Shown here piece by piece: positions 20,761-31,324 of a stretch of DNA of 64,000 nt (its first letter is position 1; every line of letters begins with the position of its first letter). Position numbers and translations under genes: made by a program. The stretch lies in sequence record NZ_CP119397.1. The stretch is one strand, 5' to 3'. Below the pieces are notes generated by a model. It was given only the letters and a program-made list of their open reading frames with translations. It had not been told where the DNA came from and made no database searches. The DNA is from a plasmid.

Positions 20761-21005
20761 TACGGTATTTTTCAATGGTCCATTTCACTTTTTAAAAGGC
20801 TGGAAAACAGGAAATAAGCTGGGATCGGGATAATGTTGTGATCCCGCCCTGCCCACATACCGTGCTCAGGTGAAAAATTGACCACCTGAGCGCTGTTTAT
20901 TACGCTCATAGTATTGCCACAGGCCCATGTTCAATGGGTTGCCGCTGAACGCGGCGCGATGTTCATTCCACCCTAAACAGAAATAACCACACAGACGAGG
21001 TCGTT

Positions 21006-21752
21006 ATGGCGAAGCTGGAAGGAAAAGTGGCACTGGTTACCGGCGCATCAAAAGGCATCGGGGCTGCGATCGCGAAAGCGCTGGCGGCACAGGGGGCGGC
21101 CGTGGCGGTGGCCTATGCCAACAGCCGGGACGCGGCAGACGCAGTGGTGGCTTCGATCCACGCCGCCGGCGGGAAGGCGGTGGCGGTGGGCGGCGATGTC
21201 TCCCAGGCGGCGGCCGCCGCCGCATTGGTCGATGCCACGATCGACGCGTTTGGGCACCTCGACATTCTGGTGAACAATTCGGGGGTCTACGCCTTCGCGC
21301 CGATTGAAGAGATTACCGAAGAGGATTTCCATTACCAGTTCAACATCAACGTGCTGGGGGTGCTGCTGGTGACGCAGGCGGCGGTGCCGCATCTGAAAGA
21401 AGGGGCCAGCATCATTAATATTGGCTCCGGCACCACGGAGCTGACGCCGCCGATGACGGCCGTCTACAGCGGCACCAAGGGCGCGCTGGATGCCATCACC
21501 GGCGTGCTGGCGCGTGAACTGGGGCCGCGCGGCATCCGGGTGAACTCGCTTAACCCCGGTTACACCGAAACTGAGGGCACCCACACCGCAGGGATCACCG
21601 GTTCCGACATGGAAAAAAACCTGGTGACGCTGACCCCGCTCGGCCGCGGCGGGAAGCCGGAAGATATCGCGGATATCGCCGTGTTCCTGGCCTCAAGCGA
21701 TGCCCGCTGGCTGACCGGCGAGCGGCTGGTGGCCTCCGGCGGGTTGCGCTGA
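21006..21752 (+). CDS. SDR-family oxidoreductase (3-oxoacyl-ACP reductase-like)
   Basis: TGASKGIG motif, catalytic YxxxK context. Confidence 0.85.
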   Translation: MAKLEGKVALVTGASKGIGAAIAKALAAQGAAVAVAYANSRDAADAVVASIHAAGGKAVAVGGDVSQAAAAAALVDATIDAFGHLDILVNNSGVYAFAPIEEITEEDFHYQFNINVLGVLLVTQAAVPHLKEGASIINIGSGTTELTPPMTAVYSGTKGALDAITGVLARELGPRGIRVNSLNPGYTETEGTHTAGITGSDMEKNLVTLTPLGRGGKPEDIADIAVFLASSDARWLTGERLVASGGLR

Positions 21753-21784
21753 CAATATCGCCCCCGTGCCGCACGGCAGGGGGG

Positions 21785-22669
21785 TTATTGCCAGTGTTCA
21801 GACAGAAAATCGATGAAGCAGCGAATGCGGGGGGAAAGGTACCGGCTGGCCGGCCACAATGCCGAAAAGTGGCTCCGGCGGTCGCAATAGCCCGGCAGAA
21901 TCTGGATCAGTTGCCCTTGCTTCAATGCCTCCCTGACAACGAAATCCGGCACATAACAGATGCCCAGCCCAGAAAGGGCGGCCCCCACCATGGCTTCAAT
22001 ATTGTTCAGCGTCAGCAGGGAGAGGGCGCTGAACTCGCCGGTGACGCGGTACGCGTTCAGATCCCATGCCTGGATCAGACCGGTGGAGGGAAAGCGGAAC
22101 AGAATGCATTTGTGTGAGGGTAAATCGTGCGGGGTGCGGGGTTCCCCATACGCCTGAAGGTACGCGGGGCTGGCACAAAGCACAAAACGGAAATGCCCCA
22201 GCGTTTTTGCCGTGAGCCGTGAATCACCGATCTCCCCGCTGCGGATGGCCACATCAAACCCTTCATCAATCACATTGACCAGCCGGTCGCTGAAATCCAG
22301 ATCCAGGTCAATCCCTGGGTAACGCTGCGTAAACGCCGGCAGCAGCGGCAGCATCAAGCGATAGCCGATCGCCGGAAATGAGACCCTGAGGGTGCCGGTG
22401 GGGTGGCTCACGGCGGTGGTGAGTTCCGCTTCAGCCTCACGCAACTGCTCAAGGATAGACTGGCAGCGAGCCAGGAGCGTCGCCCCTTCCGCCGTCAGGC
22501 TGACGCTGCGGGTGCTGCGGTTAAAGAGCCGCACGCCGAGTTTTTTCTCAAGCCTCGCCACATTTTTCCCAACCGCAGAGGCTGAAATGCCTAATGTCCG
22601 CGCAGCCTGAACAAAGCTGAGCGTTTCTGCGGTGCGGACAAAGGAAGTCAGTGAAGTGAAGCTGTCCAT
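21785..22669 (-). CDS. LysR-family transcriptional regulator
   Basis: LysR HTH + substrate-binding domain; divergent from MFS gene. Confidence 0.85.
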   Translation of the reverse strand: MDSFTSLTSFVRTAETLSFVQAARTLGISASAVGKNVARLEKKLGVRLFNRSTRSVSLTAEGATLLARCQSILEQLREAEAELTTAVSHPTGTLRVSFPAIGYRLMLPLLPAFTQRYPGIDLDLDFSDRLVNVIDEGFDVAIRSGEIGDSRLTAKTLGHFRFVLCASPAYLQAYGEPRTPHDLPSHKCILFRFPSTGLIQAWDLNAYRVTGEFSALSLLTLNNIEAMVGAALSGLGICYVPDFVVREALKQGQLIQILPGYCDRRSHFSALWPASRYLSPRIRCFIDFLSEHWQ

Positions 22670-22780
22670 GGATTATAAACTTTTTGTCTTTAAAGAAGGG
22701 ATCCCCAGTCTATTTATCCCGCCTGACCTCTGCAATAGCATGGCCGCTATCTGCTCCCTTTTTCAGGCAAAGGCACCCCC

Positions 22781-24286
22781 ATGATACGATTTCGCTTTTC
22801 TTCCCCGCACATTGCCGCCGCCCCGGTATTTTTAGCGGCAATGCTGTTACCGCTGAGCTTTACCGGTGGGGTGGTCACGACCCCTGCAATCGGCCATGAA
22901 CTGGGAGGAAGCCCCGCTTCTCTGGCGTGGCTGACCAATGGGTTTATGCTGACGTTCGGCAGTTTCCTGCTGGCGGCCGGTGTGGCGGCCGATCTCACCG
23001 GCAGAAAACGGGTGCTGATCGGCGGGCTGGCCCTGTTTACCCTGAGCTGCCTGCTGATTTATCCGGCGGGCAGCACCCCCATGGCCGGTGCGCTCAGGGC
23101 GGTGCAGGGTATGGCGGCCGCCATGACCTTGGCCGGCGGCAGTGCGGCACTGGCCCGGCTGTATGACGGCCCCGCCCGGGCCCAGGCGTTCAGTCTGCTC
23201 GGCACCCTGTTCGGGGCGGGGCTGGCCTTCGGGCCGCTGGTCACCGGCACCATCACCGATCTGTCTGGCTGGCGCGGGGTATACCTGATGCTGGCGCTGC
23301 TGTCAGGAATCGCTTTGCTGACCGGGGCGCTTTTTCTGCCGGGTTCGGCAAAACCGCCCCGGCAAAAAACCGACATCGCCGGGATTGTCCTGTTTAGTAC
23401 GGCCCTGATCCTGTTCACCCTGGGGATCATGCTTATCCCGGATCAGGGGCTTTTCTCCCCTGGAGTGATCGGCGTGTTTACCGCGTTTATGCTATTTACC
23501 GCAGGGTTTGTTATACGCTGCCAACGCGCAGAGCATCCTGTGTTTGAGCTTTCCCTTTTACGCCATCCACGTTTTGCCGGGGTGTTGCTGCTGCCGGTGG
23601 CCACCTGCTACTGCTACGTGGTGCTGCTGATTATTCTTCCCCTGCGTTTCATGGGCGGTGAGGCCTTCAGTGAAACAAAAAGTGCGCTCTTTCTGCTGGC
23701 GCTGACGGGGCCGATGCTGGTCTTGCCTTCATTGGCTGCGTTTCTGACCCGGTGGCATACGCCCGGCGTTATTTCTGTCATCGGGTTGGGGGTCTCCACG
23801 GTGGGGCTGCTGTTGCTGAGCCAGGTCATGCAAAGCGATAACAGCGCCATGCTTATTCTGGCGATGTTTATCACCGGTGCAGGCGCGGCGCTGCCCTGGG
23901 GGCTGATGGATGGGCTGGCCGTCTCTGCCGTGCCTGTTGAGAAGGCCGGCATGGCTGCGGGGTTATTTAATACGGTGCGGGTCGCGGGGGAAGGCATTGC
24001 GCTGGCCGTCGTCATGGCATTTCTGGCGATGGTTAATCAGCAGGAGCTGATGGGGGACGTCACCGGCTATCCGCCGGGGGCCATCAAACACGCGGCCACC
24101 TGGCTGGGCGGCGGCAATATTGAACAGGCTGCCCGGCTGCTGCCGGCGGTGCCCCGACAGGTACTGATGGCCACGTATAACCACGCCTATAGCCTGCTGT
24201 TTTATGGCCTGTCGGTGATTACTTTGCTCTCTGCGTGGGGCGTGTGGAAGACTCTGATCCAGCAGAAAGAGCAACCCATGATGTAA
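22781..24286 (+). CDS. MFS transporter (14-TM DHA2-like efflux type)
   Basis: ~14 hydrophobic segments, MFS motif GRKRVLIGG. Confidence 0.8.
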   Translation: MIRFRFSSPHIAAAPVFLAAMLLPLSFTGGVVTTPAIGHELGGSPASLAWLTNGFMLTFGSFLLAAGVAADLTGRKRVLIGGLALFTLSCLLIYPAGSTPMAGALRAVQGMAAAMTLAGGSAALARLYDGPARAQAFSLLGTLFGAGLAFGPLVTGTITDLSGWRGVYLMLALLSGIALLTGALFLPGSAKPPRQKTDIAGIVLFSTALILFTLGIMLIPDQGLFSPGVIGVFTAFMLFTAGFVIRCQRAEHPVFELSLLRHPRFAGVLLLPVATCYCYVVLLIILPLRFMGGEAFSETKSALFLLALTGPMLVLPSLAAFLTRWHTPGVISVIGLGVSTVGLLLLSQVMQSDNSAMLILAMFITGAGAALPWGLMDGLAVSAVPVEKAGMAAGLFNTVRVAGEGIALAVVMAFLAMVNQQELMGDVTGYPPGAIKHAATWLGGGNIEQAARLLPAVPRQVLMATYNHAYSLLFYGLSVITLLSAWGVWKTLIQQKEQPMM

Positions 24287-24549
24287 CAATCAGCCCCCGG
24301 CATCACCCTGCCGCCGGCTGGCAGAAAAATTTGCGTTAATGAAAAATAGTCACGCAGTGTGCACAACTTAAGCCAAATATGACAATAAATGAGCATCTTT
24401 GTGTGAAAGTAATTCCAAATACATATTTAGTTAACTTTTAAATCATCAAAACATCCATTTCAGGCTGAGTAGATCGATTTACTGTCACAATTCTCACGGT
24501 ATTATCTGCCCGCAAAACACAGAGCAATTTTAAACAGGGCTATATCATA

Positions 24550-25701
24550 ATGTTAACAACTAAGCGCAAACTCTCCCTGGCCGTTGGCCTGGGGCTGTTA
24601 ATGGGCAGTACTTCTTTTGTGACGCACGCTGAAGTCACCTTAATCAAACAAGACCCACAGGCCGGTGACCCGTTAAGCCGCCTGAACTTCACCGTGGGCG
24701 GCAGTATCCGTCCGCAATTCAATAACATGACCGGCGGCGGCGATAACGGCTCCTACAAGCGTAACGGCTTTGACGGCGGCACCCGTTTCCGTTTCCTGGC
24801 AGATTACTATCTGTTTGATGATGTCAGCTGGGTCGGTTATTACGAACTGGGCGTGAACATCCCTAAACTGTTCGACTGGGAAAACCACTACGCTGACAAC
24901 GCGCATGACACCAGCCGCCGTATGCTTTACACCGGTTTCCAGAGCAAAACCTGGGGTAAACTCACCTTTGGTCAGCAAAACAGCGTTTATTACGATGTGG
25001 TCGGCTCTAAGACCGATATCTGGGACTATGACATGCTGGCCCAGGCACCGGGCAACGGCATCAACGGTGACTACGACGGCTCCTACCGTTCACGCCAGAT
25101 GCTGAAATACAAAAACACCTTCGGCAGCACCGATGTGTATGCTTCCTACCTGTTTGAAGATGACGAATACCTGCCGGGCAACGGCCTGCGCTACAAGCGC
25201 AAAGGCGGCGGCTCACTGGGGGCGGAATACCACTTCACCAAAGACCTGAGCTGGGGCGCGGCCTGGAACTACACCCGTGCCGACATGCGTGACCACGGCA
25301 CCGGCGAGTCGAAAACTTACGACCAGAACATCTACGGCACCTCCCTGAGCTGGAAACCGGACAACTGGACCTTCGTGTTCGGCGGCGGTTACTACCAGAA
25401 CTTCCTGACCACCAAACAGGTGGACGTGGACAACTACTTCGCCGGTGATGCCTGGGGTATCGAATACCTGGCGGGTTACACCTTCCCGGTGGCGCAGTAC
25501 GGGCTGAAGTCTGTGATGCCGTACGCGATGGGTGACCGTCTGGAGTACGTGAACGGCCGTGATTACCAGCGCATCGACAACGGCGTGGGGATCACCTTCC
25601 AGCTCGACTACGGCTTCCGCGTGGATTACGAGCACGTCTTCACGTCCAGCACCGACAACCTCGGCGATATGAACGTGGTGCGCCTGCGCTACGACTTCTG
25701 A
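24550..25701 (+). CDS. Outer-membrane beta-barrel porin (putative)
   Basis: Signal peptide ending HA-EV, alternating aromatic/polar beta-strand pattern, C-terminal ..RLRYDF. Confidence 0.65.
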   Translation: MLTTKRKLSLAVGLGLLMGSTSFVTHAEVTLIKQDPQAGDPLSRLNFTVGGSIRPQFNNMTGGGDNGSYKRNGFDGGTRFRFLADYYLFDDVSWVGYYELGVNIPKLFDWENHYADNAHDTSRRMLYTGFQSKTWGKLTFGQQNSVYYDVVGSKTDIWDYDMLAQAPGNGINGDYDGSYRSRQMLKYKNTFGSTDVYASYLFEDDEYLPGNGLRYKRKGGGSLGAEYHFTKDLSWGAAWNYTRADMRDHGTGESKTYDQNIYGTSLSWKPDNWTFVFGGGYYQNFLTTKQVDVDNYFAGDAWGIEYLAGYTFPVAQYGLKSVMPYAMGDRLEYVNGRDYQRIDNGVGITFQLDYGFRVDYEHVFTSSTDNLGDMNVVRLRYDF

Positions 25702-25708
25702 TGCCTGT

Positions 25709-25761
25709 TCCCCGGTGCCTGCCGGGGAATACCAAAAGCGCGCGCCCTGCGCGCTTTTTTT
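25709..25761 (+). terminator. Tandem hairpins with T7 run after porin gene
   Basis: ccccggtgcctgccgggg then aaaagcgcgcgccctgcgcgcttttttt. Confidence 0.8.
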
Positions 25762-25872
25762 GAGCAATGCCGACTTCCCCGCAGTTTCTTAACCCGATCA
25801 GCAAAATCGTCTGTAGCTTTTTCACGCCGGGCCGATATTAACCTCGATCATTAATCACACCGGTAAATCACC

Positions 25873-27417
25873 ATGAAAATCTCAACACGCCTTGCGGCTG
25901 GATTCGGCCTGTTGGCCCTGCTGCTGGTGCTCTGCGCCGGGGTAGCTGTCAACGCCCTGAACCACGCCCAGGACGGCATGAACGACGTGGTTAACGTCAA
26001 AATGAAAAAGTACAAACTGGCGCTGGATATGCGGGACAGCGTGCGGGACATCTCGATTGCCGTGCGTAACCTGGCGCTGCTGACCGACCCGAAAGAGATG
26101 GCGCCGGAATGGGAACGGGTGCAGACCCAGAAGCGCCTGTTTATCAAAAACCGGGAGGAGATGGCCCGGATGATGGAAATTGACTCCGTGCCCGCCGGGC
26201 GCGAAGCCTTCCGCAAGATCCTGGAAGCCGAAGGCCCGGCGATGGCCGGCTTTGAGAAAGCGGGGCAGCTTGGGCTGCAAAACCTTCAGGAGGAAACCAC
26301 CACCTACCTGATGAACGTCTCCCGACCGGCGCAGCGGACGCTGCAAAATGCGCTTAACGCCATGACGGAAGTCCAGCTGAAAAACGCCCAGCGTGCCGTG
26401 GCAGAGAGCAGTGATGAGAGCCGCCAGGCCAGTCTCTTCCTGGCGGTGATGGCCGTGGTCTCGTTACTGCTGGCTGCCGGTGTCGGGTACATGACCGTGC
26501 GGGTGCTGACGCGCCAGCTGGGCGGTGAACCGGCGCAGGCACAGGCGCTGGCCGCCGCGATTGCCGACGGCGACCTGACCTCCACCGTCGTGCTGCGCCC
26601 CGATGACAGCAGCAGTATGCTGGCCTCGCTGGCCCTGATGCAGACCCGGCTGGGTGAGATTGTGTCGCAGATTAAAGAGACCTCCGCCTCAGTGGCGCTG
26701 GCCTCAGATGAAATCGCCCGCGGGAACACCGAGCTTTCTGCCCGTACCGAGCAGCAGGCCGCCGCCTTGCAGGAGACGGCCGCCAGCATGGAGCAGCTCA
26801 CCGCGACGGTGAAAAGCAATACTGCCGGTGCCACCCACACCGCCGGTGCCGCGCGTGAAACCGCCTCCCTGGCGAGCCACGGCGAGGAGAGTGTGCGCAA
26901 GATGACCCAGACGATGGCGGACATCTCCCTCAGCGCCGCGAAAGTGCAGGACATCACCAGCACTATCGAGGGCATCGCCTTCCAGACCAACATCCTGGCG
27001 CTGAACGCCGCGGTGGAAGCGGCCCGTGCCGGTGAGCAGGGCCGCGGCTTTGCGGTGGTGGCAGGCGAGGTACGCACGCTGGCACAACGCAGCGCCACTG
27101 CCGCCCGTGACATCAAAGGGCTGATTGAGGAAGCCACCGTGTTGGTGCAGGAGGGGGTGAACGTCGCTGACGGCACCGCCACCAGCATCATGAACGTGGT
27201 AGGCCGGGTGAACGAGTTGGCCGACTCGATGGATGAGATCGCGCTGGCGTCGAACGAGCAGATGCAGGGCATCTCTCAGGTTAACGTGGCGGTCAGCCAG
27301 ATGGACGGCGTCACGCAGAGCAACGCCACGCTGGTGGAAGAGTCCACAACGGCCTCCCAGTCCCTGGCGGAGCAGGTGCACGCCCTGCGCGGCATGGTCG
27401 AGACCTTCCGCGTATAA
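25873..27417 (+). CDS. Methyl-accepting chemotaxis protein (4HB sensor, HAMP, MA signalling domain)
   Basis: TM1-periplasmic helical sensor-TM2-HAMP; conserved MCP signalling hairpin (IAFQTNILALNAAVEAARAGEQGRGFAVVAGEVRTLA). Confidence 0.9.
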   Translation: MKISTRLAAGFGLLALLLVLCAGVAVNALNHAQDGMNDVVNVKMKKYKLALDMRDSVRDISIAVRNLALLTDPKEMAPEWERVQTQKRLFIKNREEMARMMEIDSVPAGREAFRKILEAEGPAMAGFEKAGQLGLQNLQEETTTYLMNVSRPAQRTLQNALNAMTEVQLKNAQRAVAESSDESRQASLFLAVMAVVSLLLAAGVGYMTVRVLTRQLGGEPAQAQALAAAIADGDLTSTVVLRPDDSSSMLASLALMQTRLGEIVSQIKETSASVALASDEIARGNTELSARTEQQAAALQETAASMEQLTATVKSNTAGATHTAGAARETASLASHGEESVRKMTQTMADISLSAAKVQDITSTIEGIAFQTNILALNAAVEAARAGEQGRGFAVVAGEVRTLAQRSATAARDIKGLIEEATVLVQEGVNVADGTATSIMNVVGRVNELADSMDEIALASNEQMQGISQVNVAVSQMDGVTQSNATLVEESTTASQSLAEQVHALRGMVETFRV

Positions 27418-27440
27418 AGCGACTTTCTGCGTATCAATCA

Positions 27441-27470
27441 AAAAGCGGTGGCGATCCCACCGCTTTTTTT
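27441..27470 (+). terminator. Rho-independent terminator
   Basis: aaaagcggtgg cgatc ccaccgcttttttt. Confidence 0.8.
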
Positions 27471-27582
27471 ATTTCCCCGCTTTGCCCCTTTTACGATCGC
27501 CTCACTAAAACGCACCCCATGCTGGCATTCACGCGCTGAATAGGGTAGTCATTACTGGCACCAGCAACCAAGGGAGAGAGCG

Positions 27583-27996
27583 ATGCATTCACATCCGATA
27601 CGGCAGATCATCGAAGCCTGTGACCAGGCGATCTCTGCGAAAGCGTTTGATGCGCTGATGGCGCACTACGCAGAAGACGCCGCGCTGGTGGTGAAGCCGG
27701 GCATGGTTGTACGGGGGAAAGAGAACATCCGGAACGCGTTTATCGCTATCTCAGACTACTTTCAGGGGCAGCTAGTGGTGGAACAGGGCGGGATGCAGGT
27801 CATTGAGGGCGCGGACAATGCCCTGGTGATTATGGAAACCCTGCTGCGCTTTCCGGACGGGCAGGGCGGCACGGTGGAAACCACCCGGCGTGCGACCTAC
27901 GTCTTCCGGCAGGAGCATGACGGCCGCTGGCTATGCACAATCGATAACTCTTACGGGACATCCCTGCTGGACGCTGCGCCGGGCGGCGCGTTATAG
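27583..27996 (+). CDS. SnoaL-like/NTF2-fold protein
   Basis: Size and pattern typical of ketosteroid-isomerase-like DUF4440/SnoaL proteins. Confidence 0.55.
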   Translation: MHSHPIRQIIEACDQAISAKAFDALMAHYAEDAALVVKPGMVVRGKENIRNAFIAISDYFQGQLVVEQGGMQVIEGADNALVIMETLLRFPDGQGGTVETTRRATYVFRQEHDGRWLCTIDNSYGTSLLDAAPGGAL

Positions 27997-28413
27997 CAAT
28001 TCCGGCTTGGTCAGGTAGTGCCGCTGGATGCCCGGTTCAGGGAAATCGGGCAAAGACATCTGCAGCAGATAACCCTGTTTCACATAGAAGGGCAGGGCCT
28101 GAAAGCTGAAGGTATCCACCAGCGCATGGCGGCACCCTGTGCGCACGCCTTCCTGTTCCGCCAGCGCGACCAGCTGACTGCCCAGGCCGGTGCCTCTGAG
28201 GTGTTCGCTCACCCAGAGGTAATCGATACAGAGCCAGACCCCTTTTCTTGACGCAATCAGGCCGCCCGTCATGTCACCGGCGTCATTCCTGGCATAAACA
28301 CCAAATTGCCCCCAATCGCGGGTGTCAATGAATTGGCGGTTGTAGCCCCGTAGCCCGCTAAAAAGTGCTTCCCTGTCGGTGTCTGTGACCTCAGGGACGA
28401 CGGTCAGTTTCAT
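27991..28413 (-). CDS. GNAT-family N-acetyltransferase
   Basis: [10 protein letters not shown] acetyl-CoA motif. Confidence 0.75.
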   Translation of the reverse strand: MKLTVVPEVTDTDREALFSGLRGYNRQFIDTRDWGQFGVYARNDAGDMTGGLIASRKGVWLCIDYLWVSEHLRGTGLGSQLVALAEQEGVRTGCRHALVDTFSFQALPFYVKQGYLLQMSLPDFPEPGIQRHYLTKPELL

Positions 28414-28582
28414 GCTTTATGCCTTTTTCTGAGAGTAATGATTTAATATCAAAGCGTTAAGCAGGTTTGTCAATGTGCCGGGCAGGGATAACCGGGGTTA
28501 TCCGGCACACTTAGGTTACAAGGCATCCCGGCTTGAGGTTGAACATAGCGCCAACATCTCCACTTAATGCGGAAAAAATGTC

Positions 28583-29311
28583 ATGACATGGTTCAGTCAG
28601 CAGGGGTTTGAGGTGCGTCTGGAGTGGGGCTTACCGGCGGTGGAGTATCTCGCCGGTGAGGCGGACTGCGCGGTGGTCGTGGATGTGATGTCATTTTCAA
28701 CCTGCGTCAGCCTGGCGGTGGATAACGGTGCCCGGATTTACCCTTACCCGTGGAAAGACGCTTCTGCGCGGGAGTATGGGCTGAAGATCGGGGTGAATAC
28801 CGCCGGCGTTGACCGGCGGTTCAGCGGCAAAGGGTATAGCCTGTCACCGGCGTCGATCCGCTCGATAAGCGCCGGTGAAAGCCTGATCCTCCCTTCTCCG
28901 AATGGGTCGGCCATTTCATTCAGGGCAAGGGACAAGGGGATCGCGGTGTTCAGCGGCTGCTTCAGGAACCTCGTTGTGACGGCGGAGGCCTGCGGCCACT
29001 ATAAACGCATCCTGCTGATCCCGTGCGGGGAGCGCTGGCCGGACGGCAGCCTGCGCCCCTCGGTGGAGGACTACGTGGCCGCCGGCGGCATTATTACCGC
29101 GTTGGGGCGCGAACAGACCTCGCCGGAAGCGCAGGCGGCGGCAATGGCTTACCAGCATTACCGGAAACAGGGGCCTGCCCTGTTGCAGGCGTGTGCATCC
29201 GCTGCCGAGCTTCGCCAACGGGGCTTTGAAGAGGATGTCGCGCTGTGCCTGGAACTGGATGCAGGCAAACACGCGTGCCGCCTGCACGGGGATTTTTACA
29301 CAGCTGCTTAA
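28583..29311 (+). CDS. 2-phosphosulfolactate phosphatase (ComB) family protein
   Basis: VVVDVMSFSTCV resembles ComB VVIDVLRATST core; ~240 aa. Confidence 0.55.
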   Translation: MTWFSQQGFEVRLEWGLPAVEYLAGEADCAVVVDVMSFSTCVSLAVDNGARIYPYPWKDASAREYGLKIGVNTAGVDRRFSGKGYSLSPASIRSISAGESLILPSPNGSAISFRARDKGIAVFSGCFRNLVVTAEACGHYKRILLIPCGERWPDGSLRPSVEDYVAAGGIITALGREQTSPEAQAAAMAYQHYRKQGPALLQACASAAELRQRGFEEDVALCLELDAGKHACRLHGDFYTAA

Positions 29312-29344
29312 AGCAGCCATTTCCCTTTATTGCCTGTGCTTTCC

Positions 29345-30145
29345 TCAGCCGTTATCCCGGAAGGCCGGGTAAAGGCTCATGCCGCCATCCACAAACAGGG
29401 TGGTGCCGTGCACATAATCTGACAGATCGCTCGCCAGCCAGACCACCGCATTCGCCACATCCTCCGGCGCGCCGACGCGGCCGTAAGGGATCAGCTCCAG
29501 CACTTTCTCCCCGGCCTCGCCTTGCAGCGTCTCTTCATTGATCGCTGTTTTGATCGCGCCGGGGGCGACGGCGTTCACCCGGATGTGCTCCTCGCCCACT
29601 TCCTGCGCGATGCTTCTCATCAGCAAATCAATGCCGCCTTTCGACGCGGCATAATTGACATGCCCCGCCCAGGGGATCACCTGATGCACTGAGCTCATGT
29701 GGATGATTTTCCCCCTGGCACGGCTCAGCGCAGCATTGGCCTCCTGTCGGCGGAACTGGCGCAGCGCGGCGCGCGCGCAGAGAAATTGCCCGGTCAGGTT
29801 GACGTCAATCACCTTATTCCAGTCCGCCAGCGTCATCTCACCGACAGGCGCATCTTTTTGCAGCCCGGAGTTGGCCACCAGAATATCCAGCCTGCCGAAG
29901 GCATTAATCGTCTGGTCAAAGAGCGCCTCCACGTCCGCCTCGCGGGAGACGTCGCCTCCTACGGCGATGGCCTGCCCACCGCGCTCGCGAAGGCGGGCAG
30001 CCAGTGACTCTGCGGGTTCCTGCTGGCTGTGGTAGTTAATCACCACCGCCGCCCCGGCCTGTGCCAACGCCTCAGCGCAGGCGTAACCCAGGCCGGAACT
30101 GGCCCCGGTGACTAACGCCACCTGTTTTTCAAGTGATACGATCAT
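29345..30145 (-). CDS. SDR-family oxidoreductase (glucose 1-dehydrogenase-like)
   Basis: TGASSGLG, NSG, YxxxK motifs. Confidence 0.85.
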   Translation of the reverse strand: MIVSLEKQVALVTGASSGLGYACAEALAQAGAAVVINYHSQQEPAESLAARLRERGGQAIAVGGDVSREADVEALFDQTINAFGRLDILVANSGLQKDAPVGEMTLADWNKVIDVNLTGQFLCARAALRQFRRQEANAALSRARGKIIHMSSVHQVIPWAGHVNYAASKGGIDLLMRSIAQEVGEEHIRVNAVAPGAIKTAINEETLQGEAGEKVLELIPYGRVGAPEDVANAVVWLASDLSDYVHGTTLFVDGGMSLYPAFRDNG

Positions 30146-30399
30146 GTACGCTCCTTCCGGTTTCAGGTTCTGCTGACCCTCGCTTTTCAGGCCACCTGTT
30201 TATGATAGTGGGCTTCGTTAACCTTACGCGCTGAAATGGCGTAAATCTGGCTGCCTGCCGCCGCGCAATGGTTGCTTAGCCTATTATTAATTACAACATA
30301 CTTTAGCCTGCTCATTATTCCACTTCAGCAATAGCGTCATCAGCAGGTACAAAGCCAGGCACGGCCACAGGGCAGCCTGGCCGTGCCTTTTTGCCGGGA

Positions 30400-31167
30400 T
30401 TATAAAAACATACCGCCGGATGCCTCGATGCGCTGGGCATTGACCCAGCGGCCTGCCTCAGAGAGCAGGGCGGCGATCAGCGGCCCGATGTCCTCAGGCA
30501 CGCCCGCCCGGCCCAGCGCGGTGGCCCCGGCCACAAACGCGTTAACCTCCGGGTTGTCGCGTACCCGCCCGTTACTGAAATCGGTCTGGATTGCGCCCGG
30601 TGCCACCGTGTTTACCGTGATGCGCCTCGGCCCCAGCTCTTGCGCCTGATAACGCGTCAACACCTCCAGTGCGCCTTTCAACGCGGCATAGGGGCCGCTT
30701 TGCGGCACGCAGAAACGCGTCAGGCCGCTGGAAATGTTCACAATCCGCCCGCCGTCGTTGAGAAGCGGCAGCAGGGTTTGCGTCAGGAAAAACACGCCTT
30801 TGAAATTCACTGCAAACAGCCGGTCCAGCGCCTGTTCCGTGGTCTGTGCCAGCGTAGAGTGGTGCGCAATACCGGCATTGTTCACCAGATAATCAAGGCG
30901 ATCCGCGCCCCAGCCGGTAAGCGCCTGTTGCACCGAGACGGCAAACGCGCCGAAGGTGTCACAGGCCCCGGTGTCCAGCGGCAGGGCGAGGGCGTCGGCA
31001 CCCGCCTGCCGGGCGGCGTCAATGACGTGGCGCGCCTCATCATACCGGGTGTGGTAGGTAAAAAGGCTCGACACGCCACGGGCAGCCAGCGCCAGTACGG
31101 TGCTGCGGCCGAGGCCCCGGCTGCCGCCGGTGACCAGTGCGATAGGGGAATGGGGGGGGTTGTGCAT
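30400..31167 (-). CDS. SDR-family oxidoreductase
   Basis: TGGSRGLG, NNAG, YAALK motifs. Confidence 0.85.
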   Translation of the reverse strand: MHNPPHSPIALVTGGSRGLGRSTVLALAARGVSSLFTYHTRYDEARHVIDAARQAGADALALPLDTGACDTFGAFAVSVQQALTGWGADRLDYLVNNAGIAHHSTLAQTTEQALDRLFAVNFKGVFFLTQTLLPLLNDGGRIVNISSGLTRFCVPQSGPYAALKGALEVLTRYQAQELGPRRITVNTVAPGAIQTDFSNGRVRDNPEVNAFVAGATALGRAGVPEDIGPLIAALLSEAGRWVNAQRIEASGGMFL

Positions 31168-31324
31168 GATTGTTCTCCGAATCAGGGGGAAGGCTTACTC
31201 TATGCCCGGCTGCCGGGCAGCGTAATACCTGAACCTGCCTGGTTCTTGCCTGATCCTGCCCGGCGTGGTACTTCCTGTCAGGGCAGCGCAACAGGCGTTT
31301 TATGGCACCGCAACAGGAGTGAGA

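Noticed and set aside
26304-27272. 322-aa minus-strand ORF inside the MCP gene
   Set aside because: Antisense to the highly conserved MCP signalling domain. Ser/Ala/Thr-rich artefact.
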